Shown piece after piece: positions 7,202-16,871 of a stretch of 27,731 bases of DNA (its first letter is position 1; each line of letters opens with the position of its first letter). The stretch is taken from assembly GCA_022567015.1 (NCBI GenBank), contig JADFHR010000001.1, positions 1 to 27,731 of the forward strand. The letters are read 5' to 3'. The notes under the pieces were generated by a model. It saw only the letters and a list, made by a program, of their open reading frames with translations. It was not told where the DNA came from and ran no database searches. Position numbers and translations under genes: made by a program. Origin of the DNA: Pseudomonadota bacterium. GTDB lineage: Bacteria; Pseudomonadota; Alphaproteobacteria; Rhodospirillales; 2-02-FULL-58-16.

Positions 7202-7991
7202 CTTCCAGTGTGGGTTGGCAGATGGAGCGGGGCGAATCGGTGCGGATGAAGTCGACGATTTCCATCACCGCCCGGTTGTCGTGGAACAGTTCGGCCACGT
7301 CTTCCAGGCGTTCGGCCAGGGTGCCTTCCGGGGCGAACAACAGGCGATAAGCGTTACGAAGCACGTGGATGTCGTCGCGCGAAACGCCCCGGCGCTTCAG
7401 GCCGATGATGTTGAGGCCCTGGAGGCGGGCGCGGTTGCCGGTGACCGAGCCATAGGGAATGACGTCGTTCTCCACGCCCGAGAGGCCACCCAGCATGGCG
7501 TGGCGGCCGATACGCACATACTGGTGCACCGCCGCCAGGCCGCCAAGAATGGCCCAATCGCCGACCGTCACGTGCCCGCCCAGGGTGGCGTTGTTGACCA
7601 TGACCACATGATCGCCGATCCGGCAGTCGTGGGCCACGTGGCAGGCCACCATGAACAGGCCGTTGTTGCCGACGCGGGTCACCGTGCCGCCCCCTTCGGT
7701 CCCCCCGTGCATGGTGACGTGCTCGCGGATGATGTTGTTGCACCCGATCTCGAGCCGCGAGGGCTCGCCTTTGTATTTCAGGTCCTGGGGCGCCAGGCCG
7801 ATGGAGGCAAACGGGTAAACCTTGGTGTTGGCGCCGATGCTGGTGCGGCCGTCCACCACCACATGGGACATAAGGGTGACGCCGTCGGCCAGCTCCACCC
7901 CCGCGCCGACGATGCTGTACGGCCCGACGGTGACGTTGGCGCCGATGCGGGCGCCGTCATCGACAACGGCCGTGGGATGGATATCCGTCAT
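7191..7991 (-). CDS. lpxA: Acyl-ACP--UDP-N-acetylglucosamine acyltransferase
   Basis: Hexapeptide repeats; PQDLKY, HVAHDC (catalytic His), ATLGGH, VHQY, GLKRRG. Confidence 0.97.
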   Translation of the reverse strand: MTDIHPTAVVDDGARIGANVTVGPYSIVGAGVELADGVTLMSHVVVDGRTSIGANTKVYPFASIGLAPQDLKYKGEPSRLEIGCNNIIREHVTMHGGTEGGGTVTRVGNNGLFMVACHVAHDCRIGDHVVMVNNATLGGHVTVGDWAILGGLAAVHQYVRIGRHAMLGGLSGVENDVIPYGSVTGNRARLQGLNIIGLKRRGVSRDDIHVLRNAYRLLFAPEGTLAERLEDVAELFHDNRAVMEIVDFIRTDSPRSICQPTLEDAA

Positions 7992-8456
7992 TCAGTTTTC
8001 CATGATCATGGCGGCGAATGTGGCGTCCGCCATCAAGGTATCGCCGACCCGGGCCTCGCCCTTGAACTTCCACACATTGCCGCGTTTATATTGCTTTTCC
8101 ACGTGAATATACAAGGTGTCGCCCGGCATGACGGGTTTGCGGAAGCGCGCCGCGTCCACCGACAGAAAGTAGACCAGCCTGCCCTCCGCCTCCACGCCAA
8201 GGGTCTCTATTACGAGGACCGCCGCCGTCTGCGCCATGGCCTCGATGATCAGCACCCCGGGCATCACGGGACGGGACGGAAAGTGGCCCTGGAAGTAGGG
8301 TTCGCCGATGGTGACGTTCTTGACCCCGACGGCGCCGGCGCCGGGTATGACGTTGATCAGCTTGTCGATCATCAGGAAGGGATAGCGGTGCGGGATCATC
8401 TCCATGATCCGCTCTATGTCGATGCTCTTCCCGGCGACCGCCACGTCCGAATCCAT
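7992..8456 (-). CDS. fabZ: 3-hydroxyacyl-ACP dehydratase
   Basis: IPHRYPFLMID, FQGHFP, MPGVLIIEAMAQ, ARFRKPVMPGD. Confidence 0.98.
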   Translation of the reverse strand: MDSDVAVAGKSIDIERIMEMIPHRYPFLMIDKLINVIPGAGAVGVKNVTIGEPYFQGHFPSRPVMPGVLIIEAMAQTAAVLVIETLGVEAEGRLVYFLSVDAARFRKPVMPGDTLYIHVEKQYKRGNVWKFKGEARVGDTLMADATFAAMIMEN

Positions 8457-8459
8457 CGC

Positions 8460-9482
8460 TCATCCGCCTTTCTTTCGCGCCAGGCGCTCCACGACCGCGA
8501 CGCCGCGCAGCCATTCGCGCACCGGCGCCGCCGGTGAGCCGCCGACGGCGGCTCCGGATTCCACGTCCCGCATGACGCCGCTTTGGGCGGCGATGCGGGC
8601 GCCCGAGCCGATCCGCAAATGGCCGGTCAGCCCGGCCTGTCCACCCATCATGACGCCATCGCCGACCGTGGCGCTGCCCGAAATCCCAACCTGTGCCACC
8701 ACCATGCAATTCCGACCAAGGTGTACGTTATGGGCTATTTGGACCAAATTATCAATTTTGGTGCCGGCGCCGATGACGGTATCGGGGCCGGCGCCCCGGT
8801 CGATGGTGGTGTTGGCGCCGATCTCCACGTCGTCCTCGATGCGCACCCGCCCCAGTTGCGGCACCTTGAGGTGTTCCTGCTTGCCCACGGCAAAGCCGAA
8901 ACCGTCTTCGCCGACGCGGACCCCGGCGTGAATCACCACGCGCGCGCCGACCACGCAAAAGGCCAGCGAGGCGCAGGATCCGACAACGCAGTCGTCGCCC
9001 ACAACCACGGCCTCCCCGATCACGGCGTTGGCGCCGATGTGGCAGCGCCGGCCGATCCGCGCCCCGGCCCCGATGACCGCGCCGGCGTCCACGCGACAGT
9101 CCTCTCCGAGCACCGCGGTGTCGTCGATCACCGCCGACGGGGCCACGGCGGCCTGCGGCGGCGGGGCCGGGTAAAAGGCGTCGGCAACGCGCGCATAGCC
9201 ATGATAAGGCTCGGGCGTCACCAGCAGGGCCATGCCCCGGGGGGCTTTCGGCGCCAGGTCGGGATGGACCAGGCAGGCGCCGGCCTTGGTGGTGGTGAAC
9301 GCGTCAAGGTAACGCCGGTTGTCGAGAAAGGCGACGTCGCCGGGCCCGGCCGAGACCAGGGTTGCCACGTCCGAGAAAAGGGCGTCGGGGTCCGCGTCGC
9401 CACCGATTTGGGCCCGGGAAATCTCTGCCAGATTTTTTAGGGTGAATGGCCCAGCGACGGAGAAAAAACGCGGATCGGCCAT
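8460..9482 (-). CDS. lpxD: UDP-3-O-(3-hydroxyacyl)glucosamine N-acyltransferase
   Basis: Hexapeptide repeats; [32 protein letters not shown]. Confidence 0.97.
   Translation of the reverse strand: MADPRFFSVAGPFTLKNLAEISRAQIGGDADPDALFSDVATLVSAGPGDVAFLDNRRYLDAFTTTKAGACLVHPDLAPKAPRGMALLVTPEPYHGYARVADAFYPAPPPQAAVAPSAVIDDTAVLGEDCRVDAGAVIGAGARIGRRCHIGANAVIGEAVVVGDDCVVGSCASLAFCVVGARVVIHAGVRVGEDGFGFAVGKQEHLKVPQLGRVRIEDDVEIGANTTIDRGAGPDTVIGAGTKIDNLVQIAHNVHLGRNCMVVAQVGISGSATVGDGVMMGGQAGLTGHLRIGSGARIAAQSGVMRDVESGAAVGGSPAAPVREWLRGVAVVERLARKKGG
8727..8755 (-). promoter_or_regulatory. Candidate internal sigma70 promoter inside lpxD for fabZ-lpxA-lpxI-lpxB
   Basis: TTGATA (8755-8750) - N17 - CATAAC (8732-8727), inside an abrupt A/T-rich synonymous-codon patch. 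Confidence 0.4.
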
Positions 9483-9485
9483 CGC

Positions 9486-10061
9486 CTACGTTCCGGGATC
9501 GGAAACCTTGAGGGACGGCAATGCCGTGTCCAGGCGCTTAAGCACGTGCGGAGTGATATCCAGTTCGTTGGCCACGAGAACCGTCTGATTCTTGCGCAGA
9601 ATCAGGCCCAGGCTCTGCTCGTTCGCCACGTCGGTGATGATCTTGTTAAGCACCGCCTCCACCTTTTTTACGGCCTCCGCCGCCACTCTCTCCAGATCCT
9701 TCTTGCGTTTCTGGACCGTGCGCTGAACCTGCACCAGACGTTCCTCGAACTGCCGGCGCTCCTCGGCAAAGGTTTCGGGCGCAAGAATGGCCCGCTTTCT
9801 GGCCAGTTCCTCGTTAGCGCCGCGGAGCACCTCCTCCTCCTTCTGGATATCGGCCCGGATCGCTTTGCGGTACTTGGCGATCTGCGCGCGGAGGTCCTTG
9901 AACGCCCTGCTGTTGCGGCGGATTACCTCGGTATCGATAACCGCCATGTTGAGCAAGGTTATGACGTCCTTGTCGGCTTCCGGCTGCTGGGCCGCCGCCG
10001 GTCCCGTCGGGGACGCCACAATGACGAGTGCGCAGAGGATGGAGATCGCTGAAGGTTTCAC
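9486..10061 (-). CDS. skp: Skp/OmpH periplasmic outer-membrane-protein chaperone
   Basis: GTG start with SD AGGAG; signal peptide; MAVIDTEVI, coiled-coil body, LDITPHVLKRLD; located between bamA and lpxD. Confidence 0.9.
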   Translation of the reverse strand: MKPSAISILCALVIVASPTGPAAAQQPEADKDVITLLNMAVIDTEVIRRNSRAFKDLRAQIAKYRKAIRADIQKEEEVLRGANEELARKRAILAPETFAEERRQFEERLVQVQRTVQKRKKDLERVAAEAVKKVEAVLNKIITDVANEQSLGLILRKNQTVLVANELDITPHVLKRLDTALPSLKVSDPGT

Positions 10062-10070
10062 GCCTATCTC

Positions 10071-12347
10071 CTAGAATCTCGTGCCGAAGCTGACGCGGAC
10101 GTTCTCCACCTCATCGAAGTTTTCCTTGAGAATCGGGACGCCGAAGTCCATGCCGACGGGTCCGAAAGGCGAGGCCCAGACAATCCCCGTGCCGATCGAA
10201 GCGCGTAGACTGGCCTCATCATTGACGTCAGGCCCCGAGGGGTTGATCGTCCCCGCGCTCCCCAAATCCGTGAAAACCTTCCCCGTGAGTCCCAGTTCAG
10301 CGGGCAGCCCGAGCGGGAAGGTGATCTCGGCGGACGCCGTGTACTTCCATTCGCTGCCCAGGGCATCCTCGGTAAGCGCGTCCCGGGGACCGATACCGGA
10401 TGTGGCGAAACCGCGCAGGTTGTCGCCGCCGACGAAGAACCGATCAAGAAGGCGGACATCCTCGCCGAGGCCGATGATCTGGCCGGCAGACGCGGTGAAA
10501 GACAGCACCCACTGGTCGGCGAGCGGGAAAAACTTGCCTCCCTTCAATCGGTTACGAATATAATGGGTAGAGCCCCCCAGGCCGGCAAGGTCGTTGATCA
10601 TGCGAATGAAATAGCCTTCGGTGGGCGCGATGATGCTGTCGCGCTTGTCATAGATGAGCGTATGCGTAATCTCCGAAATGGTCTCGGTTCCCTCCTCGGC
10701 CTTGATGAACCGGGACGCGCTCGCCCTGACGTCATCGATTTGTTGCTTCCTGAAGGAATATTTCCAGTTCTGCCGCAGAAGCTCGGTGATCGGGTAGCCG
10801 GTCCGCAAGGCACCCCCGGTAACCTTGGAATCGAAGGAACTTTCCTCCTGCAGATCCCTGATCCTGCGGAAGATGTCGAATCCCGCCGCCACCTCGCGAT
10901 CCAGGAAGAAGGGGTCGGTAAAGGACAGGTCGATCTCGCTGCGGCGTGCCGCGATGAGCGCGTTGGCCCTCAGGTCAAGGCCGCGCCCGAGTAGATTGCG
11001 TTCGCTGACGGAGATGTCGAGAAGGCCGCCGCTGGTGGTCGAGAAGCCGGCGCCGAAGGAAAGCTGACCGGTGGATTTTTCCTCCACTTCCACATTGATC
11101 ACCGTCTTGTCGGGGGCGCTGCCGGGCACTTCCTCCACGCTCACCTTTTCGAAGAAATCCAGGCGCTGTATGCGTTCCCTGGAGCGGCGCAACTTGGCGG
11201 AATTGAAGGCGTCGCCTTCGACCAGGCGGAATTCGCGGCGGATGACCTCGCCGGCGGTGCGCATGTTCCCGGAAATTTCGATGCGCTCGACGAACACCCG
11301 CGGTCCTTCGTTGATCTCGAAGGTCACGTCGATGGTCAGTGCCTTGCGATCCCGGTTGATGCGCGGGCGCACGTCGACGAATGCGTAGCCCAGCGTCCCG
11401 ACGACGTTTGTCAGGGCGCGCAAGGTATTTTCCAGCTCGTCGGCGGCGTACCAGTCCCCTTCCTCGATCTCGATCGTTTCGTGCAGGTCCTTCGCCTCGA
11501 GGCCGCGCAGGCGCGCCTCCACTTCGATTTTACCGAACCGGTAGCGCGCCGCTTCCTCGACCGTGAAAGTGATGAAGAAATCCCTGCGGTCCGGCGTCAG
11601 CTCGGCCACCGCGGACGCGACACGGAAATCGCCATACCCGTTATTCAGATAAAACCGGCGCAGCAGTTCACGGTCGAGGGTGAGGCGATCCGGGTCATAG
11701 GTGTCGTCGCTGGAAAGGAACCGCCACCAGCGGGATTCCTTGGTACGAATGACCTCGCGCAGGCGTGAATCGCTGAACGCCCGGTTGCCGACGAAGCGAA
11801 TGCGCCGGATCTCGGTCGGTTCGCCCTCGTCGATCTCGAAGACGAGGTCGACCCGGTTCTGGGCCAGTTGGATGACCTTCGGTTCCACGGTCGCGGCAAA
11901 GTGGCCGCCCAGGCGGTAGATGGTCAAGATCCGTTTGACGTCGTTCTGTACCTTGGTGCGGGTGTAGATCACGCGCGGACGCAGGCTCATCTCCGCGCTC
12001 AGGACCTCGTCGTCCAGTGCCCTGTTGCCCTCGAAGGCAATGCGGTTGATGACCGGGTTTTCGACCAGCGTGATGACCAGGGCGTCGCCCTCGCGCCGCA
12101 TGGTCACGTCGGCGAACAGACCGGTGGCAAAAAGACTCTTCAAGGAGCGGTCGATGCGCTTCGCATCAAAACGGTCGCCTTCCCGGATAAGCAGGTACGA
12201 GCGCACGGTCTCGGGCTCGATCCGCTGGGCGCCCTCGACGACGATTTCGCGCACGAAATCGCCGAACTGCGCCGCTGCCGGCCAAGGCGCCAGCGACGAT
12301 ATCCCCATACACCAAGCAATCGCAAACAAGCGAATAAAACGCCGCAA
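10071..12347 (-). CDS. bamA: Outer membrane protein assembly factor BamA
   Basis: TTG start; signal peptide; POTRA repeats (IVVEGAQRIEPETV, INRIAFEGN, IRRIRFVGN, VERIEISGN); VEEKSTG; loop-6 LRGF motif; C-terminal FGTRF. Confidence 0.98.
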   Translation of the reverse strand: MRRFIRLFAIAWCMGISSLAPWPAAAQFGDFVREIVVEGAQRIEPETVRSYLLIREGDRFDAKRIDRSLKSLFATGLFADVTMRREGDALVITLVENPVINRIAFEGNRALDDEVLSAEMSLRPRVIYTRTKVQNDVKRILTIYRLGGHFAATVEPKVIQLAQNRVDLVFEIDEGEPTEIRRIRFVGNRAFSDSRLREVIRTKESRWWRFLSSDDTYDPDRLTLDRELLRRFYLNNGYGDFRVASAVAELTPDRRDFFITFTVEEAARYRFGKIEVEARLRGLEAKDLHETIEIEEGDWYAADELENTLRALTNVVGTLGYAFVDVRPRINRDRKALTIDVTFEINEGPRVFVERIEISGNMRTAGEVIRREFRLVEGDAFNSAKLRRSRERIQRLDFFEKVSVEEVPGSAPDKTVINVEVEEKSTGQLSFGAGFSTTSGGLLDISVSERNLLGRGLDLRANALIAARRSEIDLSFTDPFFLDREVAAGFDIFRRIRDLQEESSFDSKVTGGALRTGYPITELLRQNWKYSFRKQQIDDVRASASRFIKAEEGTETISEITHTLIYDKRDSIIAPTEGYFIRMINDLAGLGGSTHYIRNRLKGGKFFPLADQWVLSFTASAGQIIGLGEDVRLLDRFFVGGDNLRGFATSGIGPRDALTEDALGSEWKYTASAEITFPLGLPAELGLTGKVFTDLGSAGTINPSGPDVNDEASLRASIGTGIVWASPFGPVGMDFGVPILKENFDEVENVRVSFGTRF

Positions 12348-12381
12348 GTAACTCCCCCCCGGGTAACTGCGGATCAGCTCA

Positions 12382-13497
12382 TTAGTTGTCTAAAAAGAGG
12401 TGACCCAAATCCTTCCATGTCACGAAAATCATCAGGAGCAATACCAGAGTCAGCCCGAACCGCAAACTGTATTCCTGAACCCGCCGGCTCAACGGGCGAC
12501 GAAGGACCCCTTCCACCGCATAAAACGCAAGATGCCCCCCGTCCAGCATGGGGACGGGAAACAGGTTGATCAGGCCCAGGTTGACGGAAAGCGCCGCCAT
12601 GAAAAATATACAATCGGCCAGCCCACCCTGGCAGATGTTCCCGGAAAGCTGGGCGATCCTGAGCGGGCCGCCGAGTTCGTCGGTGGTGCGCGAGCCGCTA
12701 ATGATCTGGCCAAGGTAGGCAAGTATTTGCATGGTCATGCTTGCCGTCCGCTCGACCCCCATCCACGCGGCCGTCAGCGGCCCGAGGCGTTCGTATTCGA
12801 TCTGTTCGGGGTCCGGCGACACGCCAAGCCGGCCGATCTCGCGCGCCTCGTCGGAACCCTCCTCCATGTACCGTTTCGGCGTTGCCGGCACGAGTATCTC
12901 GACGCCTTTGCGGCGCACGGTCAACTCCAGACGGACACTCGCGTTGGCGCTGACGATCCGGCGCAGATCCTCGAACCAGGTGATGGCCTCGCCATTAATG
13001 CTGAGAATCCGGTCGCCCGGTTGCAGGCCGGCTTCGGCCGCCGCGCTTCCCGGGTACACCGCGCCCACCGCCGCCAGGGGCGCCGGTTGGCCGACAAAGG
13101 CAAAGAGCCCGGCGAAAAGCACGATGGCCAAAAGGAAGTTGGCGATGGGCCCGGCGGCCACGATAGCCGAACGCTGGCCAAGGGACTTATGGTGGAACGA
13201 GACGGCGCGCTCCTCCGGGGTCAAGGGGCGCTCCTCTTCGCCATCGCCCGGCACGGCGTTCTCGCCGAACATTTTCACGTAGCCACCCAGCGGTATGGCG
13301 CTGATTTTCCAGCGCGTTCCCAAACGGTCCGTCCAACCATAGATCTCCGGGCCGAACCCGATGGAGAACACCTCAACCCGCACCCGGTTGCGCCGGGCCA
13401 CCCAGAAATGGCCCATTTCGTGGACAAACACCAAGACCGTCAAAACGATCAGGAAAATGATGATGTAATACCACGTGAAGTTCAGGAAGGTTGTCAT
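12382..13497 (-). CDS. rseP: RIP metalloprotease RseP (M50, single PDZ)
   Basis: HEMGH zinc motif, FSIGFGP, PLGGYVKM, AGPIAN, PDZ AGLQPGDRI, NLFPVPMLDGGH. Confidence 0.97.
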   Translation of the reverse strand: MTTFLNFTWYYIIIFLIVLTVLVFVHEMGHFWVARRNRVRVEVFSIGFGPEIYGWTDRLGTRWKISAIPLGGYVKMFGENAVPGDGEEERPLTPEERAVSFHHKSLGQRSAIVAAGPIANFLLAIVLFAGLFAFVGQPAPLAAVGAVYPGSAAAEAGLQPGDRILSINGEAITWFEDLRRIVSANASVRLELTVRRKGVEILVPATPKRYMEEGSDEAREIGRLGVSPDPEQIEYERLGPLTAAWMGVERTASMTMQILAYLGQIISGSRTTDELGGPLRIAQLSGNICQGGLADCIFFMAALSVNLGLINLFPVPMLDGGHLAFYAVEGVLRRPLSRRVQEYSLRFGLTLVLLLMIFVTWKDLGHLFLDN

Positions 13498-13524
13498 CCG
13501 GGGTCCAATTCGGGCCTGTTACAC

Positions 13525-13553
13525 GATTCTAATGTCGGGCCGGGCTATCTGAA
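13525..13553 (-). promoter_or_regulatory. Candidate promoter for rseP-bamA-skp-lpxD overlapping the dxr stop codon and a GANTC site
   Basis: TTCAGA (13553-13548) - N16 - TAGAAT (13531-13526); GATTC at 13525-13529. Confidence 0.3.
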
Positions 13554-14731
13554 ATAAAACTTCTCGCGATCCGCCGCGCCGCGGCGTCGGCCTCTCCCAC
13601 GTCATCCATGTTTTCCAGTTTCCCGTTGGGCGCCGTCTCAAGGGTGTGCTCCACAGTGCGCACAATATCAAGGAAACCGATCCTTCCCGAAAGAAAGCTC
13701 TGGACCGCCACCTCATTGGCCGCATTAAGTATGGTGGGTGCGCCGCCGCCCGTTTGCAAGGCGTGGCGGGCCACCCTCAGGGCGGGGAATCGGGCCGGAT
13801 CGGGTGCCTCGAAGGTAAGGTCGCCGATCTCTTCGAGGGCCAGACGGGTCGCCGGCGCCTCCATCCGCTCGGGCCAGCCGAGGGCATAGGCGATGGGCGT
13901 GCGCATGTCGGGCGTACCCATCTGGGCCAATACCGAGCCATCCACGTAGGCCACCATGCTGTGGATGACCGATTGCGGATGGACCAGGATCTCGATCCGC
14001 TCCTCGGGCACCGGAAACAGGTGGTAGGCCTCGATCAGCTCCAGGCCCTTGTTCATCATGGTCGCCGAATCGACGGATATCTTGGCGCCCATGTCCCAGT
14101 TGGGGTGGGCCACGGCCTGTTCCGGCGTCACGCCGGCCATTTCGGCCAGGTCCATCCCGAGAAACGGGCCGCCGGACGCGGTCAGGATGATGCGATCCAC
14201 CTTATCCGCGCGATCGAATTCGAACACCTGGAAGATGGCGCTGTGCTCCGAATCCACGGGCAACAGCGTGGCGCCGTTGCCGCGAACCTCCGCCATCATC
14301 AGGTCGCCGGCGGAAACCAGGCATTCCTTGTTGGCCAACGCCACGATGGCGCCGCGGCGCACCGCCGCCAGGGTGGGTTCCAGGCCCGCGGCGCCGACGA
14401 TGGCGGCCATCACCCAGTCCGCCGGCCGGGCCGCCGCCTCGACCACGGCCGCCGGCCCGGCGGCGCACTCGATAGGGGTGCCCGCCAGGGCGTCCTTCAG
14501 GTCCTCATAGCCCTTCGGGTCGGCCACCACCGCCAGCCGCGGGCGAAGGGCGCGCGCCTGCTCGGCCAGCAGCGCGACGCTGTTATTCGCCGTCAACGCC
14601 TCGACCGTGAAGGCGTCCGGGTGCCTTTGGATCAGATCGATGGTGTTGCAGCCGACCGATCCGGTGGAGCCCAGGATGGTGACGCTCCTCGGGGCCGTCG
14701 CGGGCCGGGGGCTGGTTTGGGGCGCGGTCAT
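13529..14731 (-). CDS. dxr: 1-deoxy-D-xylulose 5-phosphate reductoisomerase
   Basis: ILGSTGSVG, LANKE, LPVDSEH, LTASGGPF, HPNWDMGAKISVDSATMMNKGLE, NAANE. Confidence 0.98.
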   Translation of the reverse strand: MTAPQTSPRPATAPRSVTILGSTGSVGCNTIDLIQRHPDAFTVEALTANNSVALLAEQARALRPRLAVVADPKGYEDLKDALAGTPIECAAGPAAVVEAAARPADWVMAAIVGAAGLEPTLAAVRRGAIVALANKECLVSAGDLMMAEVRGNGATLLPVDSEHSAIFQVFEFDRADKVDRIILTASGGPFLGMDLAEMAGVTPEQAVAHPNWDMGAKISVDSATMMNKGLELIEAYHLFPVPEERIEILVHPQSVIHSMVAYVDGSVLAQMGTPDMRTPIAYALGWPERMEAPATRLALEEIGDLTFEAPDPARFPALRVARHALQTGGGAPTILNAANEVAVQSFLSGRIGFLDIVRTVEHTLETAPNGKLENMDDVGEADAAARRIARSFISDSPARH

Positions 14732-15582
14732 ATCAGAACACTGCCATGTCCGAGCAAACCTATCAACGCTGTAACGACCGCCGCCGCCATCAGGCCGTCA
14801 ACCCGGTCCAGGAGTCCGCCGTGGCCGGGAATGATGGCGCCCGTGTCCTTGACGCCGAAACGGCGCTTTATCCACGATTCCGCCAGGTCGCCGCCCTGGG
14901 CCACCGTGCCCATGACGGCGCCCAACGCGGCCGGCTGTGCGACCCCGTTGTTGCCCAGCACCGCCGCCGTGGCGGCGCCCGCGGCCCCGGCGCAGGCGAT
15001 CCCCCCCAACAGGCCGGCCCAGGTCTTCTTGGGGCTGATGGCGGGGGCCAGTTTGGGGCCGCCGATCAGGCGCCCGAAGCCGTACGAACCGCTGTCCGCC
15101 GCCCAGACCACGGCAAACAGCCACAAAACGATATCGCGGCCGAGGGCCGCATCGGCGCGCATCCACTCCAAGGCCACGCAGGGCACTCCGATGTAGAGAA
15201 CCCCGGCGGCCAGCCACAGGCGCCGGTCCGGCGCACCCGTATCCTCCTCAGGCGCGGCGCCGCGCCCCAGCGCCGCCGCCACGCCGAAGACGGCCGCGAA
15301 CCCCAATACCAGAATAGCCAGCGACACATCGGGCCGCTCCAGGGCCGCCGCCGCGACGGCCGTCAAAAGCGCTCCGCCCAGGACCAGGCCCATCGCCCCG
15401 GGGGCGGGGCCGCCGCACAGCCGGCTCCACTCCCAGGCCAGGATCACGGCGCCGGCGGCGACCAGCACGTCGAAAAACGGCGGCCCGTAAACGACGGCGC
15501 CCAGCACCGGGGGCGCCAACACCAGGGCGGACAACACGCGGACACGTAACCTAGCCACCGCTGGTGCCAAAACGCCGTTCAC
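14728..15582 (-). CDS. cdsA: Phosphatidate cytidylyltransferase (start could alternatively be GTG at 15558)
   Basis: Multi-TM protein; WAADSGSY, ISPKKTWAG, GDLAESWIKR, KDTGAIIPGHGGLLDRVDG. Confidence 0.95.
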   Translation of the reverse strand: MNGVLAPAVARLRVRVLSALVLAPPVLGAVVYGPPFFDVLVAAGAVILAWEWSRLCGGPAPGAMGLVLGGALLTAVAAAALERPDVSLAILVLGFAAVFGVAAALGRGAAPEEDTGAPDRRLWLAAGVLYIGVPCVALEWMRADAALGRDIVLWLFAVVWAADSGSYGFGRLIGGPKLAPAISPKKTWAGLLGGIACAGAAGAATAAVLGNNGVAQPAALGAVMGTVAQGGDLAESWIKRRFGVKDTGAIIPGHGGLLDRVDGLMAAAVVTALIGLLGHGSVLI

Positions 15583-16288
15583 GGAGATGGTATTGCCGGA
15601 GGGCGTCTTCGAAGTCTTCCCTTGAGAAGTCGGGCCAAAGGGTATCGATGAAAATGAATTCCGCGTACGCCAGCTGCCAAAGCAGGAAGTTGCTGATCCG
15701 TTTCTCTCCGCTGGTACGAATCAGGAGGTCCGGGTCGGGAATGTCGGCCGTGAAAAGGTGACGGGCGAACTCGGCTTCGTCGACATCGTCGGCCCTGAGG
15801 GCGCCCGCGGCCACTTCCCGCGCAAGGTGGCGCGCGGCCAGGGTGATCTCGCTGCGCCCGCCATAGCTTAGGGCGATGGTCAGGGTCAGGGTGCGGTTGG
15901 CGGCGGTTTGCATTTCGGCCTGCTCGATCAGGGCGACGATATCGGGCGCCAGGCGTTCGCGCTCCCCGATGACCCTGAAACGCACCCCGTTTTTATTGAG
16001 AAAGGTGATCTCGGTCTTGAGGTAATAGCGCAAAAGCCCCATGAGGTCGTTGACCTCGTCCAGGGGGCGCTTCCAGTTCTCGGACGAAAAGCCGTAGAGC
16101 GTCAGATACGCCACCCCCGCGTGGGCGGCGCTCTTGACGGCGGTCTTCACGGCCCGCGCGCCCCGTCTGTGCCCGGCGATCCTGGGCAGGTTGCGGGTGC
16201 GCGCCCAGCGTCCGTTGCCGTCCATGATGATGGCCACGTGAACCGGCGGCAACGGCGCCGCATCGGTTTGCAGGGGAATCGCCTTCAT
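15551..16288 (-). CDS. uppS: Undecaprenyl diphosphate synthase (cis-prenyltransferase)
   Basis: HVAIIMDGNGRWA, GHRRG, FSSENWKRP, IALSYGGR, PDLLIRTSGEKRISNFLLWQ, RRFG. Confidence 0.98.
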   Translation of the reverse strand: MKAIPLQTDAAPLPPVHVAIIMDGNGRWARTRNLPRIAGHRRGARAVKTAVKSAAHAGVAYLTLYGFSSENWKRPLDEVNDLMGLLRYYLKTEITFLNKNGVRFRVIGERERLAPDIVALIEQAEMQTAANRTLTLTIALSYGGRSEITLAARHLAREVAAGALRADDVDEAEFARHLFTADIPDPDLLIRTSGEKRISNFLLWQLAYAEFIFIDTLWPDFSREDFEDALRQYHLRERRFGTSGG

Positions 16289-16292
16289 CGCC

Positions 16293-16862
16293 TCATACCT
16301 GCATGATTTCTTGTTCTTTGTTGGCCAGGACGTCGTCGATCTTTTTCACGTACGTGTCGGTCAGGTCCTGGATCTCCTGGGCGTGATCGCGCTGCAGGTC
16401 CTCGGAAATCTTGCCCGCCTTTTGCGCGTGCTTGAGGTCATCCATGCCGTGACGGCGCACGTTGCGGACCGCGATGCGCGCCTCCTCGGCGTACTTACCG
16501 GCGATTTTGGCCAACTCGACGCGCCGTTCCTCGGTCAGCGAGGGGATGGGGACGCGAACCAGTTGCCCGTCGACGGAGGGATTGAGGCCCAGGCCCGATT
16601 CCCGGATGGCCTTTTCCACCGACTTGACCAGGTTTTTGTCCCAAACCTGCACCGTCAGCATGCGCGGCTCGGGCACGCCGATGGTACCGACCTGGGTGAT
16701 GGGCATCCCGGTTCCGTAGGCATCCACCATGAGCGGCTCGAGAAGACTGGTCGCCGCCCGTCCCGTGCGCAGGCCGGCGAACTCCGTATGCAATACCTCC
16801 ACGGCCCCTTCCATGCGCCGCTTGATGTCCTTCTTCCTGGCCTCGATGTCGGGTATATCCAC
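16293..16862 (-). CDS. frr: Ribosome recycling factor
   Basis: [37 protein letters not shown]. Confidence 0.98.
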   Translation of the reverse strand: MDIPDIEARKKDIKRRMEGAVEVLHTEFAGLRTGRAATSLLEPLMVDAYGTGMPITQVGTIGVPEPRMLTVQVWDKNLVKSVEKAIRESGLGLNPSVDGQLVRVPIPSLTEERRVELAKIAGKYAEEARIAVRNVRRHGMDDLKHAQKAGKISEDLQRDHAQEIQDLTDTYVKKIDDVLANKEQEIMQV

Positions 16863-16871
16863 GTTCCGGTC

